Notes under the pieces: model-generated
What the model was told of the DNA's origin: nothing
Database searches by the model: none
Seen by the model: only the letters and a program-made list of their open reading frames with translations
Program-made: the position numbers and the translations under genes
Assembly (NCBI GenBank): GCA_951406725.2
Contig: OX597814.1
Coordinates: 193,130,001-193,194,000 of the forward strand
DNA: 64,000 nt
From: Octopus vulgaris
Taxonomy: Eukaryota
Direction: 5' to 3'
Part shown: in pieces, positions 12,768 to 25,625 of the stretch
Position numbering within the stretch: the stretch's first letter is position 1
Layout: every line of letters begins with the position of its first letter

Positions 12768-14217
12768 GCACACATATATATAGAGAGAGAGAAAGAGAGA
12801 GAGGGGGAGAGAGAAGGACAGACATACAGACAGAAAGATTCAGTACATGCATACATATATAAATACATATATATACAAGCAAAAGGACCAGGTTTCACTC
12901 GGGTTATAAACCCATAGCCTTAATACAGTACTCTTTGTAGTGTAATTTTGCGGAAAAATTGTCTTTCGGAGGGTTTGGAGGTCAAATACGTTGAATGCAC
13001 ACGAAAAAAAACTGTGGAAAAAAAATTATTTCACACCAAGGTACGAACGGGTTCTTTACGATATATTTACCCATGGTTATTTATTGACACACAAATAGAC
13101 TAGTACAGAAGATTGTAAACAATGAAAGTAACTGTAATAATTTTTTGGTACCAGACATCGTTACAACGGTAAACACTAGACAGAATGGTTGACAAAATGA
13201 AGAGAGAAAGATAGAGGTGTGACGTCGTAGTCGTCGTGGTATAAAACGTCCTTTACTATCTCGTAGGCAACGAACGCGCAAACACACAGACACACACACA
13301 TACACACACACTCAGAGACGCGTACACACTCATATACAAAATGTAACGTCGTCGTTGTCGTGGTATAAAATGTCCGTTACCATAGTTAATTAAAGAAAGA
13401 TTATTTTCGAGAAAATATTATATTGTTTCAAACCAAATGAGAATAAAAATTACATGTTGATCCTCGCGGGTCCTTGTAAAATTTGATTTGATTTGGAGCC
13501 GTTTGACAATGCATAGGGAACAGATAAACAGACAGACAAAGAATTTTATATATAGATAGGTGTGTGTACATACATAAATGCATACATACATATACATTTG
13601 TTTGTGTGTGAGTGTGTGTGTGAGTGTGCGTGTGTGTGTACGTGTGTGTGTGTGTGTGTGCGTGTGTGAGCGTGTGTGTGTATTTTAAAATCCACGGGCA
13701 AAGTGATATGCTTGAATGCTCAGAACTTGTATTTCTTTGCTTGAACATAATCTGAAGATGCTTTCTCATTTCGTCTTTCACAAACCAGATGTTCAAGCTA
13801 AAGGTTTGTTTGATCTGTATGACGCTACATATTCTGCTTCTGTTTTGAGAAGCAGTTGCTTAGGGATATACATAATGTTGTCATTTAATCCTTTGCTTGC
13901 TTGAGCACAATAGTAATATGGAGCAGACTAATCAGAAGTTTCCTTATTAGAAGCGAGCCTCGAGATACATCTACTTTTGTTATTACTAAGTTTATAAAAA
14001 CTATGGATGGATGGCAGGAATAAATACTAATGTAAGTTTCTCATTAGATTTGTTGCACAGTTTAAGTTGAAAGTGAATCTCTGGAAGTTTACAGTTGTTT
14101 CAGAATTCATTGGCGAAATAAACGTGATTAGTGGGACAAAACACTTGTAAGTGTTAATGAGTTCTTTTCTAGCGGTGTCTAATAAATGCATCTTTGCGTA
14201 TGCACGCACATAATACG

Positions 14218-14293
<76 letters not shown>

Positions 14294-14339
14294 CCCCCCT
14301 TTTTTGTCCTCTTTCTTTCTCTTTACGATCCCTTTTGAT

Positions 14340-14437
14340 CGAAAACTAAACCCCCCTTTTTTTATCCCCAAAAGAAAAGCTCTACCTTGTAATTTGTCCT
14401 GTCTGTGTGCAGCCCTGTGTGGCTAATAAAGAAACAT
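14340..14437 (+). mobile_element. Retroposon 3' end sharing the SINE-A type-1 tail
   Basis: CCTTGTAATTTGTCCTGTCTGTGTGCAGCCCTGTGTGGCTAATAAAGAAA, inserted in (TATC)n. Confidence 0.6.
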
Positions 14438-14499
14438 ATCTATCTATCTATCTATCTAAGTGTAATTGTTATCTCAAATAGATTGCACTTCATGTTTGA

Positions 14500-14580
14500 G
14501 GCTCCGATGAAGCTATAAGCTGTTACTTAGGTACTCAACTATGAGTCCACTGCATCATGTAGCAGAAACAGCTGTAAGCT
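14500..14580 (+). ncRNA. Minimal type-I hammerhead-ribozyme-like motif (variant core)
   Basis: GGCT-CCGATGA-A-GCTATA...TGTAGC-A-GAAAC-AGCT-GTA-AGCT: stems I and II pair, helix III palindromic. Confidence 0.6.
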
Positions 14581-14709
14581 AATAAAGTCCATAAGATAAT
14601 TGTTTATTCCTTTGTAATATAATTTTTCATATCTGTACATACGTACATACATACACACACACATACATACATATATACATACATACATACACACACACGC
14701 ATATATATG

Positions 14710-14769
<60 letters not shown>

Positions 14770-14777
14770 TATATAAA

Positions 14778-15030
14778 TACAAAATGGGACAAGAACACAA
14801 AACATCTGGACAACTAGGTGATACAAAAAGGGACAACAAAACATCCAGATAGACGATACAAAAAAACAAGGACGGATCATTCGAAGCATTTTATCCTCAG
14901 TCAAGAACCGGATCATCCTCGCAATTTCGGCTGATTAATCTTGAAATTGCTCCAGTTTGGCCAGACCCAAGGGAAAACTAAGCTAAGAGCATTAGATTCC
15001 TTGGAAAAAAAGCATGGAATGTGTAGGAAA
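14778..15030 (-). mobile_element. Short (TA)n-associated element family P3
   Basis: Reverse complement of CCAAGGAATCTAATGCTCTTAGCTTAGTTTT...CAGCCGAAATTGC seen at 51021-51098. Confidence 0.75.
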
Positions 15031-15074
15031 ATAGATGTGAGATATGTAGGGATATTGCATTTGTAGATCCATTT

Positions 15075-15398
15075 TTTAGGCATAATGGTATATATATAAT
15101 ATTCCAACACCTTATGAGTAAAATCCAATAGAATTTAAAATTGGTCGTTCCAAGTGTAGAGTTTATACACAGTGTTATTGAATCCAGGGTTGTGATTAAA
15201 GTGACCTTTTAGGCAGAATGGCATACATATAATATTCCAATACCTTATGCGTAAAATCCAGTAGAATTTAAAATTGGTCGTTCGAAGTGTAGAATTTATA
15301 CACAGTGTTATTGAATCCAGGGTTGTGATTAAAGTGACCTAAAAATAGGGAGTGTTTTCGTCTTTCATAACTGTACACATACTTTTGCACCACCCTGT
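15075..15398. mobile_element. Tc1/mariner-type end fragment with ~132-bp internal tandem duplication
   Basis: TIR-like TACTTTTGCACCACCCTG+TA at ~15380-15399; duplicated TATAATATTCCAA...GTGATTAAAGTGACCT. Confidence 0.6.
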
Positions 15399-15537
15399 AT
15401 ATATATATTTATAGTTAAAGTTCATTCCCGTGTTATATAGACTCCTAAGGGCCGATTTCGTGGTTGCGATGGCGTATATATTTTCCACCTGGACGGGATG
15501 CTGGTCTGTTGCAGAGTTACTCATTTTTGCCAGCTGA

Positions 15538-15593
<56 letters not shown>

Positions 15594-15929
15594 TCTTCTT
15601 CTTCCTTTTCTTCTTCTTGTTCTTTTCCTTCTTCTTCTTCTTCTTCTTCTTCTTCTTCTTCTTCTTTTTCTTTCTTCCTTCCTTTCTTTCTTTCTTTTTT
15701 CTCTCCCACCCTTTCTCTAATTCTTCCATTCACCGTTCTCTATCTGTCCCTCCCTCTCCCTCGCTCTTCCTCCTTGACTCTCTCGTTGCTCACACGTGAC
15801 CAGTGGCCATCTTTCTTCTAACTCGAATTTTCTTTCTTTATTCTCCTTACACTAGAAGTGACAGTACGCATTTTTGTTTGTCTCCTGTCAAAGCTTATTT
15901 CTCCAGTGTTCACCACTTCACCTCGTTAT

Positions 15930-16222
15930 GGTTTAACAACCCTTTCCGTTTGTTTTAACTGTCCTGTTTTTTTGTTACCAACTTTAACCCTCCGCAAATC
16001 CCAAATTTTATATAATTTGCTTTGCGGGAACGACGGTCCCTAACGTTCGAAATGCGGAGTAGATAAAACAGTGGATAACTGATGAAGGGATTGTTCTTTA
16101 TGTTGCCTACCTCGCTTTTCTATTTGTTTCTTTCATTATTCGAAAAAAAGATAGTTTTTCCATGCTTTTGTTTTTCATGTCCTCGTTTTTCATGTTCACG
16201 TTTTTTGAAGTCCTGTACTCAT
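15930..16222 (+). mobile_element. Short (TA)n-associated element family P2
   Basis: CGAAATGCGGAGTAGATAAAACAG..AACTGATGAAGGGA..TCCTGTAC matches 52898-53072. Confidence 0.75.
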
Positions 16223-16283
16223 ATATACATATGTATATACATATATATATATATAGGTATATATATATATATCTATGTTTATA

Positions 16284-16394
<111 letters not shown>

Positions 16395-17121
16395 GATCCA
16401 AATGTTACAGAGTTTCTCTCGTAATACAAGTGATCTCAAACTTAATCAAGAATTTTTATTTAAGCAAGTGACAGTTAGAACATTTTTTAGATTTCATCAT
16501 ATTTCATTTTTATATATTTAATATTCTCAGACATATTTTTCACTACGAAACAGCAAAAACATTCAAATGTTAATCGTAAACAGAATAATTTATATTCGTT
16601 ACGTTGTTATAAAATAAATACCATTCACATGTTGACATGTCATAAGGGAACAATACTTTTATTCATACCAGGACATCATCGTCTTCATCATCATCGTCGA
16701 GGACGTCGTCATCGTCGTCGTCATCATCATCATCATCATCATTGTAAACAATTATCGCCATCATAAATGCTTTAATATTCCCGCGTTGCCAGGAAAGAAT
16801 GGACATACGTTTATGTATATAAACATCTGCATATGCATGAGTGTAGGGTGTGCCTCTGTGTGCGTGTATGTATGCGTGCGTGCGTGTGTGTGTGTGTGTG
16901 TGGATGTGTGTGCGTTGTGTGTGTGTTGTGTATATGCGCAATATTTAATGGAAATGCTACCAAAATTCTATTACATAAACCAGAATTATTACAAGTAAAT
17001 CTATCAAAGATACAGTAAAACTATTGATTTCTAACGCACGAACGCAGACACACACATACACATACACATACACACATACAGACATACAGAGACATACTTA
17101 TAAACGTTTATACGCACACAC

Positions 17122-17154
<33 letters not shown>

Positions 17155-17307
17155 CATGACAGAAGTAAACAGCCACCCCATAAAACATCGTTTAATAATT
17201 ATTCTAACTTGTAAAGGTTTATATTTTTTTATTAATTGACATTTTTATGTTTCAGATTTTATATGTCACTGTATAATCATTTTATATGTGACTGTACAAA
17301 AGGAGGT

Positions 17308-18290
17308 ATGGAACAATCAGAATTTCAAAGATGCCATATTGTGGGTCAATCTGAAGGTGGACATAGGGTAAAATCGCAGAAAGCCTTGGGATCCCGCTTT
17401 CTACAGAGAGATTGTGCTATTCACTAGAGAGGGGAACGAGTCCACATCACCTCGCTCAGGTTGACCAGGATTCTCTGACAGGACCGTTCTCGTTGTTAAG
17501 CGAAGTGTGGAGGATAAACCTCGTTGCAAGACCTCTGACATAGCAGAACACGTTGGTATCAGTCCCAGAATAGCTGTTAGGTATCTCCACAAACTCGGTT
17601 ACTATGGCAGAGCAGTAAGAAGGAATCCACTTCTTTAACCAGCCAATATGAAGCGGAAAAAAGATTGGGCCAGTGAGATGGTGGAGAAGCCACTAGCATT
17701 TTGAGACACTGTCATATTCTCCATTGAGCCTAGATTTGCTGTATTTTCTTACAGTGGTTGTGTGTGAGTCTGGAGACTCTGTGATCAAGAATCTGACGTG
17801 AAAAAATTGCAGCCAACAATGAAATACGGCAGCTATTCTGTGATGGTCTGGGGAGCAATTTGGAGCAATGGTCAATCAAAGTTGGTGGAGTGTGAGGGAA
17901 ACATAAATTCAGATAAATATATAACCATATTGCAGAAAAGATTCCTTCCAGCCTTCTCCTGTGGTGAAATGATTAAAGAAGAACCTTTATTTATGGAAGA
18001 TGGGGCTTCATGTTACACGGCTAAAATGACCCAAGATTTGATGGATGAGAATAGCATTAAAAAGCTTCCATGGTCAAGCCAGTCACCAGATATTAACCTT
18101 ATCGAACACCTCTGGGGCATAATAGGCAGGACAGTTCATAAAAAGAACAAGAAAGAATCTTCGAAGCCAGATCTTTTGAGATTACTGCATGAAACTTTGC
18201 AAGAAATTCCTCAAGAGAATATTCGTCATCTGATCATTAGCATGCCTAATAGGGTCCTTGCATTGAGAAATGCAAAGGACACTATTATTA
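17308..18290 (+). pseudogene. Tc1-like (DD34E) transposase pseudogene
   Basis: SEFQR..IVG N-terminus; LQPTMKYGSYSVMVWGAI, FMEDGASCY, WSSQSPDINLIEHLW; stops and frameshifts upstream of 17798. Confidence 0.92.
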
Positions 18291-18319
18291 TAAGAAACAA
18301 GTAATAATCCATTTTACTG

Positions 18320-18516
18320 GGAGCACAAGGCCTGAAATTTTTTGTGGAGGAGTAAGTCAATTATATCAACCCCAGTATTCAACTGGTATTTCATCGATCC
18401 TGAAAGGATAAAAGCAAAGTCGGACTCAGGTGGAATCTGAACCCAGAATGTAAAGGGAGCCGAAATGCCGCTAAGCGTTTTATCTGGCGTGTCAACAATT
18501 CGACCAGCTCACCACC

Positions 18517-18518
<2 letters not shown>
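18320..18518 (-). mobile_element. SINE-A (type-2 tail)
   Basis: Reverse-complement head CCAGCTCACCACC and B box. Confidence 0.8.
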
Positions 18519-18567
<49 letters not shown>

Positions 18568-18681
18568 GTTTCAAATTTTGGGAGAAGGCCAGCAATTTCG
18601 GTTGTCAAGCGTTGGTGGGGACAAACACGACGTAAAGACACACAGACACACATACACGCGCGCACGCACACACACATATTT

Positions 18682-18850
18682 AGTTCAAATTTAAAGAAAA
18701 CAAAGGACGAAACAGGTATAGGAACAAAAAGCAGGTGTATTAGTTTAATGCTCGGGAAGAATGGAAAAGTATCTGACGTTTCGAACCTACGCTCTTCGAT
18801 AAAAGGGATTAAGGAGGGAAAAATGGAGAACGAAGAAAAAAAAGGTAAGA
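18682..18850 (-). mobile_element. Family P1 element
   Basis: Minus strand reads GAAGAGCGTAGGTTCGAAACGTC...CCCGAGCATTAAACTAATACACC. Confidence 0.75.
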
Positions 18851-19059
18851 GAAAAAAAATTGTGTTTGAATTAACGATTCAACATGATGAAATGACTAGA
18901 AGAAAAAAGTTAGGGGCCTCTTTCAGTTTCCGCCAACCAGATTCTTTCACAAGACTTTACTTGACTCGAGGCTATAGTAGAAGACACTTGCTCAAGAAGC
19001 TACGCAGTGGGACAAACCGGGAGCCACAAAGCCACGACTACATCTAATGTAATTTCTTT

Positions 19060-19665
19060 TTTTGACAGAGGGCCAGCAATTTGAGGGAAGGGGCAAATCG
19101 CTTACATCGTCCTCAGTTACTTGACTGGTACTCTACTTTAACAGCCATGATAACATGAAAGGCAATGTTGACTTCGGCGGTATTTGAACTCAGAACGTAA
19201 AGAGTCAAAAGAAATGTCCTTAAGCATTTTGTTCGACGCTTTAACGATTCTGTCGTCCCGCTGCTTTTCGCTAATGCCATAACGGTTTAAAATTTTGGCA
19301 CAAGGCCAGCAAGCTTATGGACCCCAATGCTCAACTTATATTTTATCAACCCCGAAACGCTGAAAGGCAAAATCGACCTCAGCGGGATTTGAACAGAGAA
19401 CGTAAACAACCGGAAGACATGTTCATTGTTTTAATGATTCTGTTAATCTACCATTCTTTACAATGTAAATTATTTTCTAATTTTGGCAGCAGACCAGCAA
19501 TTTGAGGAGAAGGACTAGTTGATTACATTGATCCAAATGTTCAGCTGGTACTTATTTTATCGACCCCGAAAGGATGAAAGCACATCGACCGCGGCGGTAT
19601 TCGAACTCAGAGCGTAAATGCCCAGAAGAAGCATTTTGTCCGACGCGTTAATGAGCCAACCAATC
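19060..19665 (-). mobile_element. Cluster of three diverged SINE-A copies
   Basis: Repeated GAAAGGCAA..TTTGAAC motifs at ~19185, 19390, 19600. Confidence 0.75.
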
Positions 19666-19904
19666 CACCACTCTCCCTCTCTTCCTCTTTTTCTCCCTCC
19701 TTCTCACTCTCCCTTTCTCTTTTTCACTCTCTTCTCTCTCTCTCTCTCTCCCCTCTCTCTAATGTAATAATGATTATGATTCGAGTAAAATGGCGCATTG
19801 CCATAAATTATTAGTCAATTGAATCGACTCCAATGGTGATTTGATAAGGGAGACAGAGAGTAATTTGGTTGGCGCAAATAGATGTATTTACCGACAAATT
19901 TGGT

Positions 19905-20130
19905 CTTAATTACTGTGGGATTTCTGCAAGGAGGCAATTACTCACCGGTTGGGTTATATTTAAATGAAGTACCGATCGATATGTTAGCTGGAAGAACAGA
20001 TGGGTCCCTTGGAAACCGAAGAGTCAAAAGGATCCATTGCTTGTGCATTGATGTAACAGATCCACTACGCCTAACTGGAAGTTTCTAATGACATCATGGC
20101 GTAAATTAGGATATCAAAAATATAAAGCCT
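19905..20130 (+). pseudogene. Degraded R4/Dong-type reverse transcriptase fragment
   Basis: GFLQGGNYSPVG..EVPI.ML...DG...VKRIHCLCID resembles RT motifs QGDS.SP and H.L(F/Y)xDD. Confidence 0.65.
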
Positions 20131-20249
20131 TGTCTTTCGAAAACCAAAAAGGAAGACTGCAGTTACTCTCAGAAGAATAAAATGACTCAATACAAACCGT
20201 AGTGAGGAATTCCATTGTAACTTGTTTCTAAGGTGGTGAGCCGACAGAA

Positions 20250-20425
20250 TTCTTACAAAGCCGGACGAAATGTTGCTAAGCATTTTGTCCTTACGTCGCC
20301 GAGCTCGACTTTGCCTTTCCTCCTATCGGAATCGATAAAATAAGTACCAGTTGAGGATTGGGGTCGGTGTAATCGATTTACCCGCCTTTCCCGAAATTGC
20401 TGGCCTTGTGCCAAAATTTCAAACC
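20250..20425 (+). mobile_element. SINE-A, internally deleted
   Basis: CGACTTTGCCTTTC..GATAAAATAAGTACCAG; type-2 tail TGCTGGCCTTGTGCCAAAATTT. Confidence 0.75.
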
Positions 20426-20562
20426 GATATTTGTACTGGGTCTGTACATTCTGATTTCCCGCCAAGGTCAACTTTGCTTTTCGTCACTCTGGAGTCAACG
20501 AAATGATATATCAGTTAAGATCTATCGTGGATGTAATCGTCTAAGGTAAAAAATAAAAAAAA

Positions 20563-21260
<698 letters not shown>

Positions 21261-21465
21261 GTAAAGGGCGTAAATCCTATTCAAGTACTTTGATTTAGAA
21301 TTCAAACTATTACCCATCCACCATGCTTGATTTAGAAATGATTATATCCCTTTCCATATCTAGTCAACAGAGCACAGCACGTGTTCAAAACCCCTTAAAT
21401 TCTTTTCCATGAACCTATGTTTGAAACAATTATAACGTCAGTACGGCGGACTTCCCAAATCGTTC

Positions 21466-21776
21466 GAGAGGTTCCCAAACTTCTTTGGGCTGCCACTTCC
21501 CCTTGACACCCAGGCCACATTCCTAGTGCCCCCACCCCAAGTAACCATCACAAACATAGACCTCTTTCTGAAGCAAATTCAAAGCAACTGTATTTCACAA
21601 ATAAAACTTAACCTAATGAACCCATTATTTCGTTTTTACATGAATTGCCATCCCATTGCCGACCCGATTTGTACATGAATCGCTACCCCATTATCGCTCC
21701 ACTTTTCTTCAACGGCAACTTGGAACTTCCCAGCCACCCCGAAGAGGGACAATACCGACCACTTTGGAAACCACTG
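21466..21776. mobile_element. Old hAT/Charlie-like MITE
   Basis: GAGAGGTTCCCAAAC ... TTTGGAAACCACTG imperfect TIRs of CAGTGGTTCCCAAA type. Confidence 0.45.
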
Positions 21777-22385
21777 CGTTAGAGAAACAAAGTGTTATGC
21801 AGTGTTTAGTTAAATTTCTTTATTGTCTAAATAACAAATTTGAACGAGCCAAGATTGGAGCCTCTACGTGGTTGGTGAACCTACTAGAAATAGCCACTAA
21901 ATTTCCATTGACTCGTACCAACTGACTTAAAACAAGAGACGAAATGGTCGTGATTGGATTTCTTTGATCATAGGTCTGCTTTATCCAATTCGTCTACCAA
22001 TTCTGCCATTCCAAGTCTCTCATTCCTTTGAAGTTAATAAATCTTCTACGTGAGCTTTGAAATAAATCCACTCAGAGACACACAGGCAAAGGCACAGAAG
22101 CACACACACACACACTTGCGCACTCATATACGCACGCACACATACACATATGCACACATAAGTTTATTTGCATATACATATTAACACACAATTATGCAGT
22201 GTTGTGCTTCTCTTGAAATTACACAGATATTTACAAAAACAGACACTCACAAAGACATGCTTGCACATGCAACCATACACACGTATACATACATACGTAC
22301 ACATGCATATACATATATGTGCGTGTATGTGCGTGTATGTGCGTGTGTGCGTATATATATATATGTGCATACACACACACACACA

Positions 22386-23661
22386 CAGGGTTGGACAAAA
22401 TAATGGAAACACCTAACATCATAGCATCATAATTTTGGAATATCTATAAAACCATCAAAAGCTTGTTTATTTTTATGTTCTTTGATTTATTATTAGTGTT
22501 GCTTAATATGTTTTGCTAAAATTGCTCTTTCTTTTCAGATATCATCAGAAAAATGTAATTAAAATTCATTAAAATGACGGATTTATAGGACTGTCAAAAA
22601 GGTCAAATGTTTGGTGCTCGTATGGCAGGCACTAGCGTAATGAAAACAGCCGAAATGTTTGGTGCATCAAGAAGTATCGTCCCGAAAGTAATGACAGCCT
22701 TGGAGAAAGCGGGAAAAACCTCCTCATCTTAACAAAACTCCGGAAGAAAACCAAAACTTTCAGATAGGGACCGTTGGATTCTTAATTGAATTGTTAGAAA
22801 TGATCACAAAAATACAGCTCTCAAAATTACTGCAGAGCTTAATGACCACCTCGAGAATCCAGTTTCTACAAGAACTGATCACCGGGAGTTGCACAAAGCC
22901 GGATTTCACGGGAAGACTGCAATCAGAAAACCACTACTTTCAAAAACAAATGTTGCAAAGCGTTTAGAGTGGAGTAAAAACCTACTGAATTGGTCCCTAG
23001 AGCAGTGGAAGAATGTTATTTTCTCGGACAAGTAATTCTTTACTATATTTCCGACCACCGGCCAAGTATACATGTGGAGGCAGCCAGAAGAAACATTTGG
23101 CCCAGACTGCCTTCTTCCAACTGTCAAACATGGAGGAGGATCTGTGATGATCTGGGGTGGGGTCTATATATTGGAAATCCGCCGACCCATTGGTTTCCCT
23201 TCATGGCAGAATTAATAGTCAAGACTATTTAAGCCTTTTATCTGATCTAATTCATCCTGTGGTTGCGGAACTGTATCCGGAGGGAAATGCAATCTTTCAG
23301 GATGATAATGCACCAATTCATACAGCTGTAGTTGTTACTGAATGACACAAGGGACATTTTAGTGAAGTTGAACATCTTATCTGGCCACCACAGCCCCCAG
23401 ATCTCAATATTATTGAACATTTATGGTGCATTTTAGAAAAACAAGTAAGGAGTCGATATTGTCCACCATCATCACTACAAGAACTGGAGAGTATTTTAGC
23501 TGAAGAATGGACAAAAATTCCTTTGGAAACAATTCAAATTTTGTACGAGTCCATACCTCATAGAATTCACGCTGTAATTACTGCCAAAGATGGTCCTACT
23601 CCATATTAAAATAAATTTGCTTGAAATTTTAAGGTGTTTCCATTATTTTGTCCAACCGCTG
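22386..23661 (+). mobile_element. Full-length Tc1-like transposon; transposase (22574-23608) inactivated
   Basis: TIRs CAGGGTTGGACAAAATAATGGAAACACCT / AGGTGTTTCCATTATTTTGTCCAACCGCTG+TA; motifs SGRKPKL, VIFSD, PTVKHGGGSVMIWG, FQDDNAPIH, PDLNIIEHLW, GPTPY*; internal stops. Confidence 0.95.
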
Positions 23662-23687
23662 TATGTGCATGTTTGTGTGTGTGTGCA

Positions 23688-23768
<81 letters not shown>

Positions 23769-23934
23769 AATGTGTACATGTGTGTTTAATCTAGAGTCTT
23801 AGTTATGCGCTATAGTGATTTGATAAATTTCGATTAAATGAGGTTGTTCATGCAATTAGTCGACATAAACACCCTCTCAGGTTGTTTTAAGTCTGAGAAC
23901 AACAAGCAAGTGAGTTTTAGAATTTAGATATAAT

Positions 23935-24100
23935 GTTTCCGTCTCCGCAACATAGCGGATCAGCGTAAGAGACCGATAGAATAAGTACTAGGTTTACAAA
24001 GAATAAGTCGTCCTGGGGGCGATTTCTTCGACTAAAAATCCCTTTAAGGCGGTGCTTCAGCATGGCCACGATCAAATGACTGAAACGAATAAAAGAATAA
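23935..24100 (+). mobile_element. SINE-B 3' half
   Basis: GACCGATAGAATAAGTACTAG...AAATGACTGAAAC. Confidence 0.8.
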
Positions 24101-24183
24101 CAGAATATGTGTGTGCGTATGAATGTATGCGTGTATGTATGTATGTATACGCTTACACACACACACACACACACACACATATA

Positions 24184-24600
24184 GGCGCAGTAGTGGCTGT
24201 GTGGTGAGTAGCTTGCTTACCAACGACATGGTTCCGGGTGAATTCTCACTGCGTGGCACCTTGGCCAAGTGTTTTCTACTATGGCCTCGGACCGACCAAA
24301 GCCTTGTGAGTGGATTTGGTAGACGGAAACTGAAAGAAGCCCGTCGTATATATGTATATAAACATATATGTATGTGTTTGTATATGTTTGTGCGCCTATG
24401 TTTGTCCCCCCAACATCGCTTGACAACCGATGCTGGTGTGTTTACGTCCCCGTAACTTAGCGGTTCGGCAAAAGAGACCCATAGAATAAGTACTAGGCTT
24501 CCAAAGAATAAGTCCTGGGGTCGATTTGCTCGACTAAAGGCGGTGCTCCAGAATGGCCGTAGTCAAATGACTGAAACAAGTAAAAGTGTAAAAGAGTAAA
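24184..24600 (+). mobile_element. SINE-B full length
   Basis: Matches 6527-6938 end to end. Confidence 0.92.
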
Positions 24601-25537
24601 GCGTAATATCAAAAGCTATTCAAAATAGTAAAAATAGCATTATAAAAACAAAACTGTAAATGAAAAAAAAATCATTTAAGTGCTAAAAGGACTTGAATCA
24701 CTCTGTATGTATTTATCTATTTGTATGTATATATGTATGTGTGTGTGTGTGTGTGCGCGTGTGTGTGTAGATAGACAGACAGACCAGACTGACAGACAGA
24801 TATAAAACGAAGTCGACGGTGGGGTGCAAAGAATATCGTCACGATAAATTCTTAATTTTTTCCCATTTACCTTGCAGCCAGAGAAGAAAAAACAAAAATC
24901 TAACGATAACTATTAGCAGCTCTGTGTGCTTACCTTCTTTGCCGATGAAGGAGATTTTATTATAAAATTAGAATTTATTATACACGGTATTCAGCACACG
25001 GCGCCCCGTAGACTTAGTTAAACAAAATTTTGCCACTGGCCGCTAACCTCCGTGAATTATTGTCTCATATCTCATTTTCGTTATACAACCCACATATGAA
25101 TATACGCACACAAACACACACATTTGTGTGAGAGTATATATATACACACATACATACATAAATTTAAATTTAAAATAATAAAGGTTAAATATTGAATATT
25201 AATTTGATTAATATCAGTTTAAATCCTAGCATATTGAAAAATCTGAAGTTTCAGAAAAAATTATATTACATACATATATGACCTATAAGTGAACATCCAT
25301 TATGCTAGAATTATATTTGCAAAGACGATCACACTGATGAGTTGCGGACAATTACGTAAATGATTACATAAGAGATAACCGGGTTTGTGATTAATCTATC
25401 TTTTGTATCTTTTCATTTGTCTTGCTCGCTTACGTTCTGGCGTTTGCTAAATTTTCTTGAGAACATACCTTTCTTAGTGGTAAGACCATAGCAGATCTTC
25501 TTCTAGCATAATGGATGTCCACTTACAGGTCATTTCT

Positions 25538-25583
<46 letters not shown>

Positions 25584-25592
25584 AAATTAAGG

Positions 25593-25595
<3 letters not shown>

Positions 25596-25625
<30 letters not shown>

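Noticed and set aside
13793-13850. TEAEYVA peptide resembling the copia RNase H motif
   Set aside because: Isolated 7-aa match followed by a stop, with no other copia motifs nearby
25334-25365. CTGATGAG hammerhead start
   Set aside because: No correctly placed GAAA box or stem I
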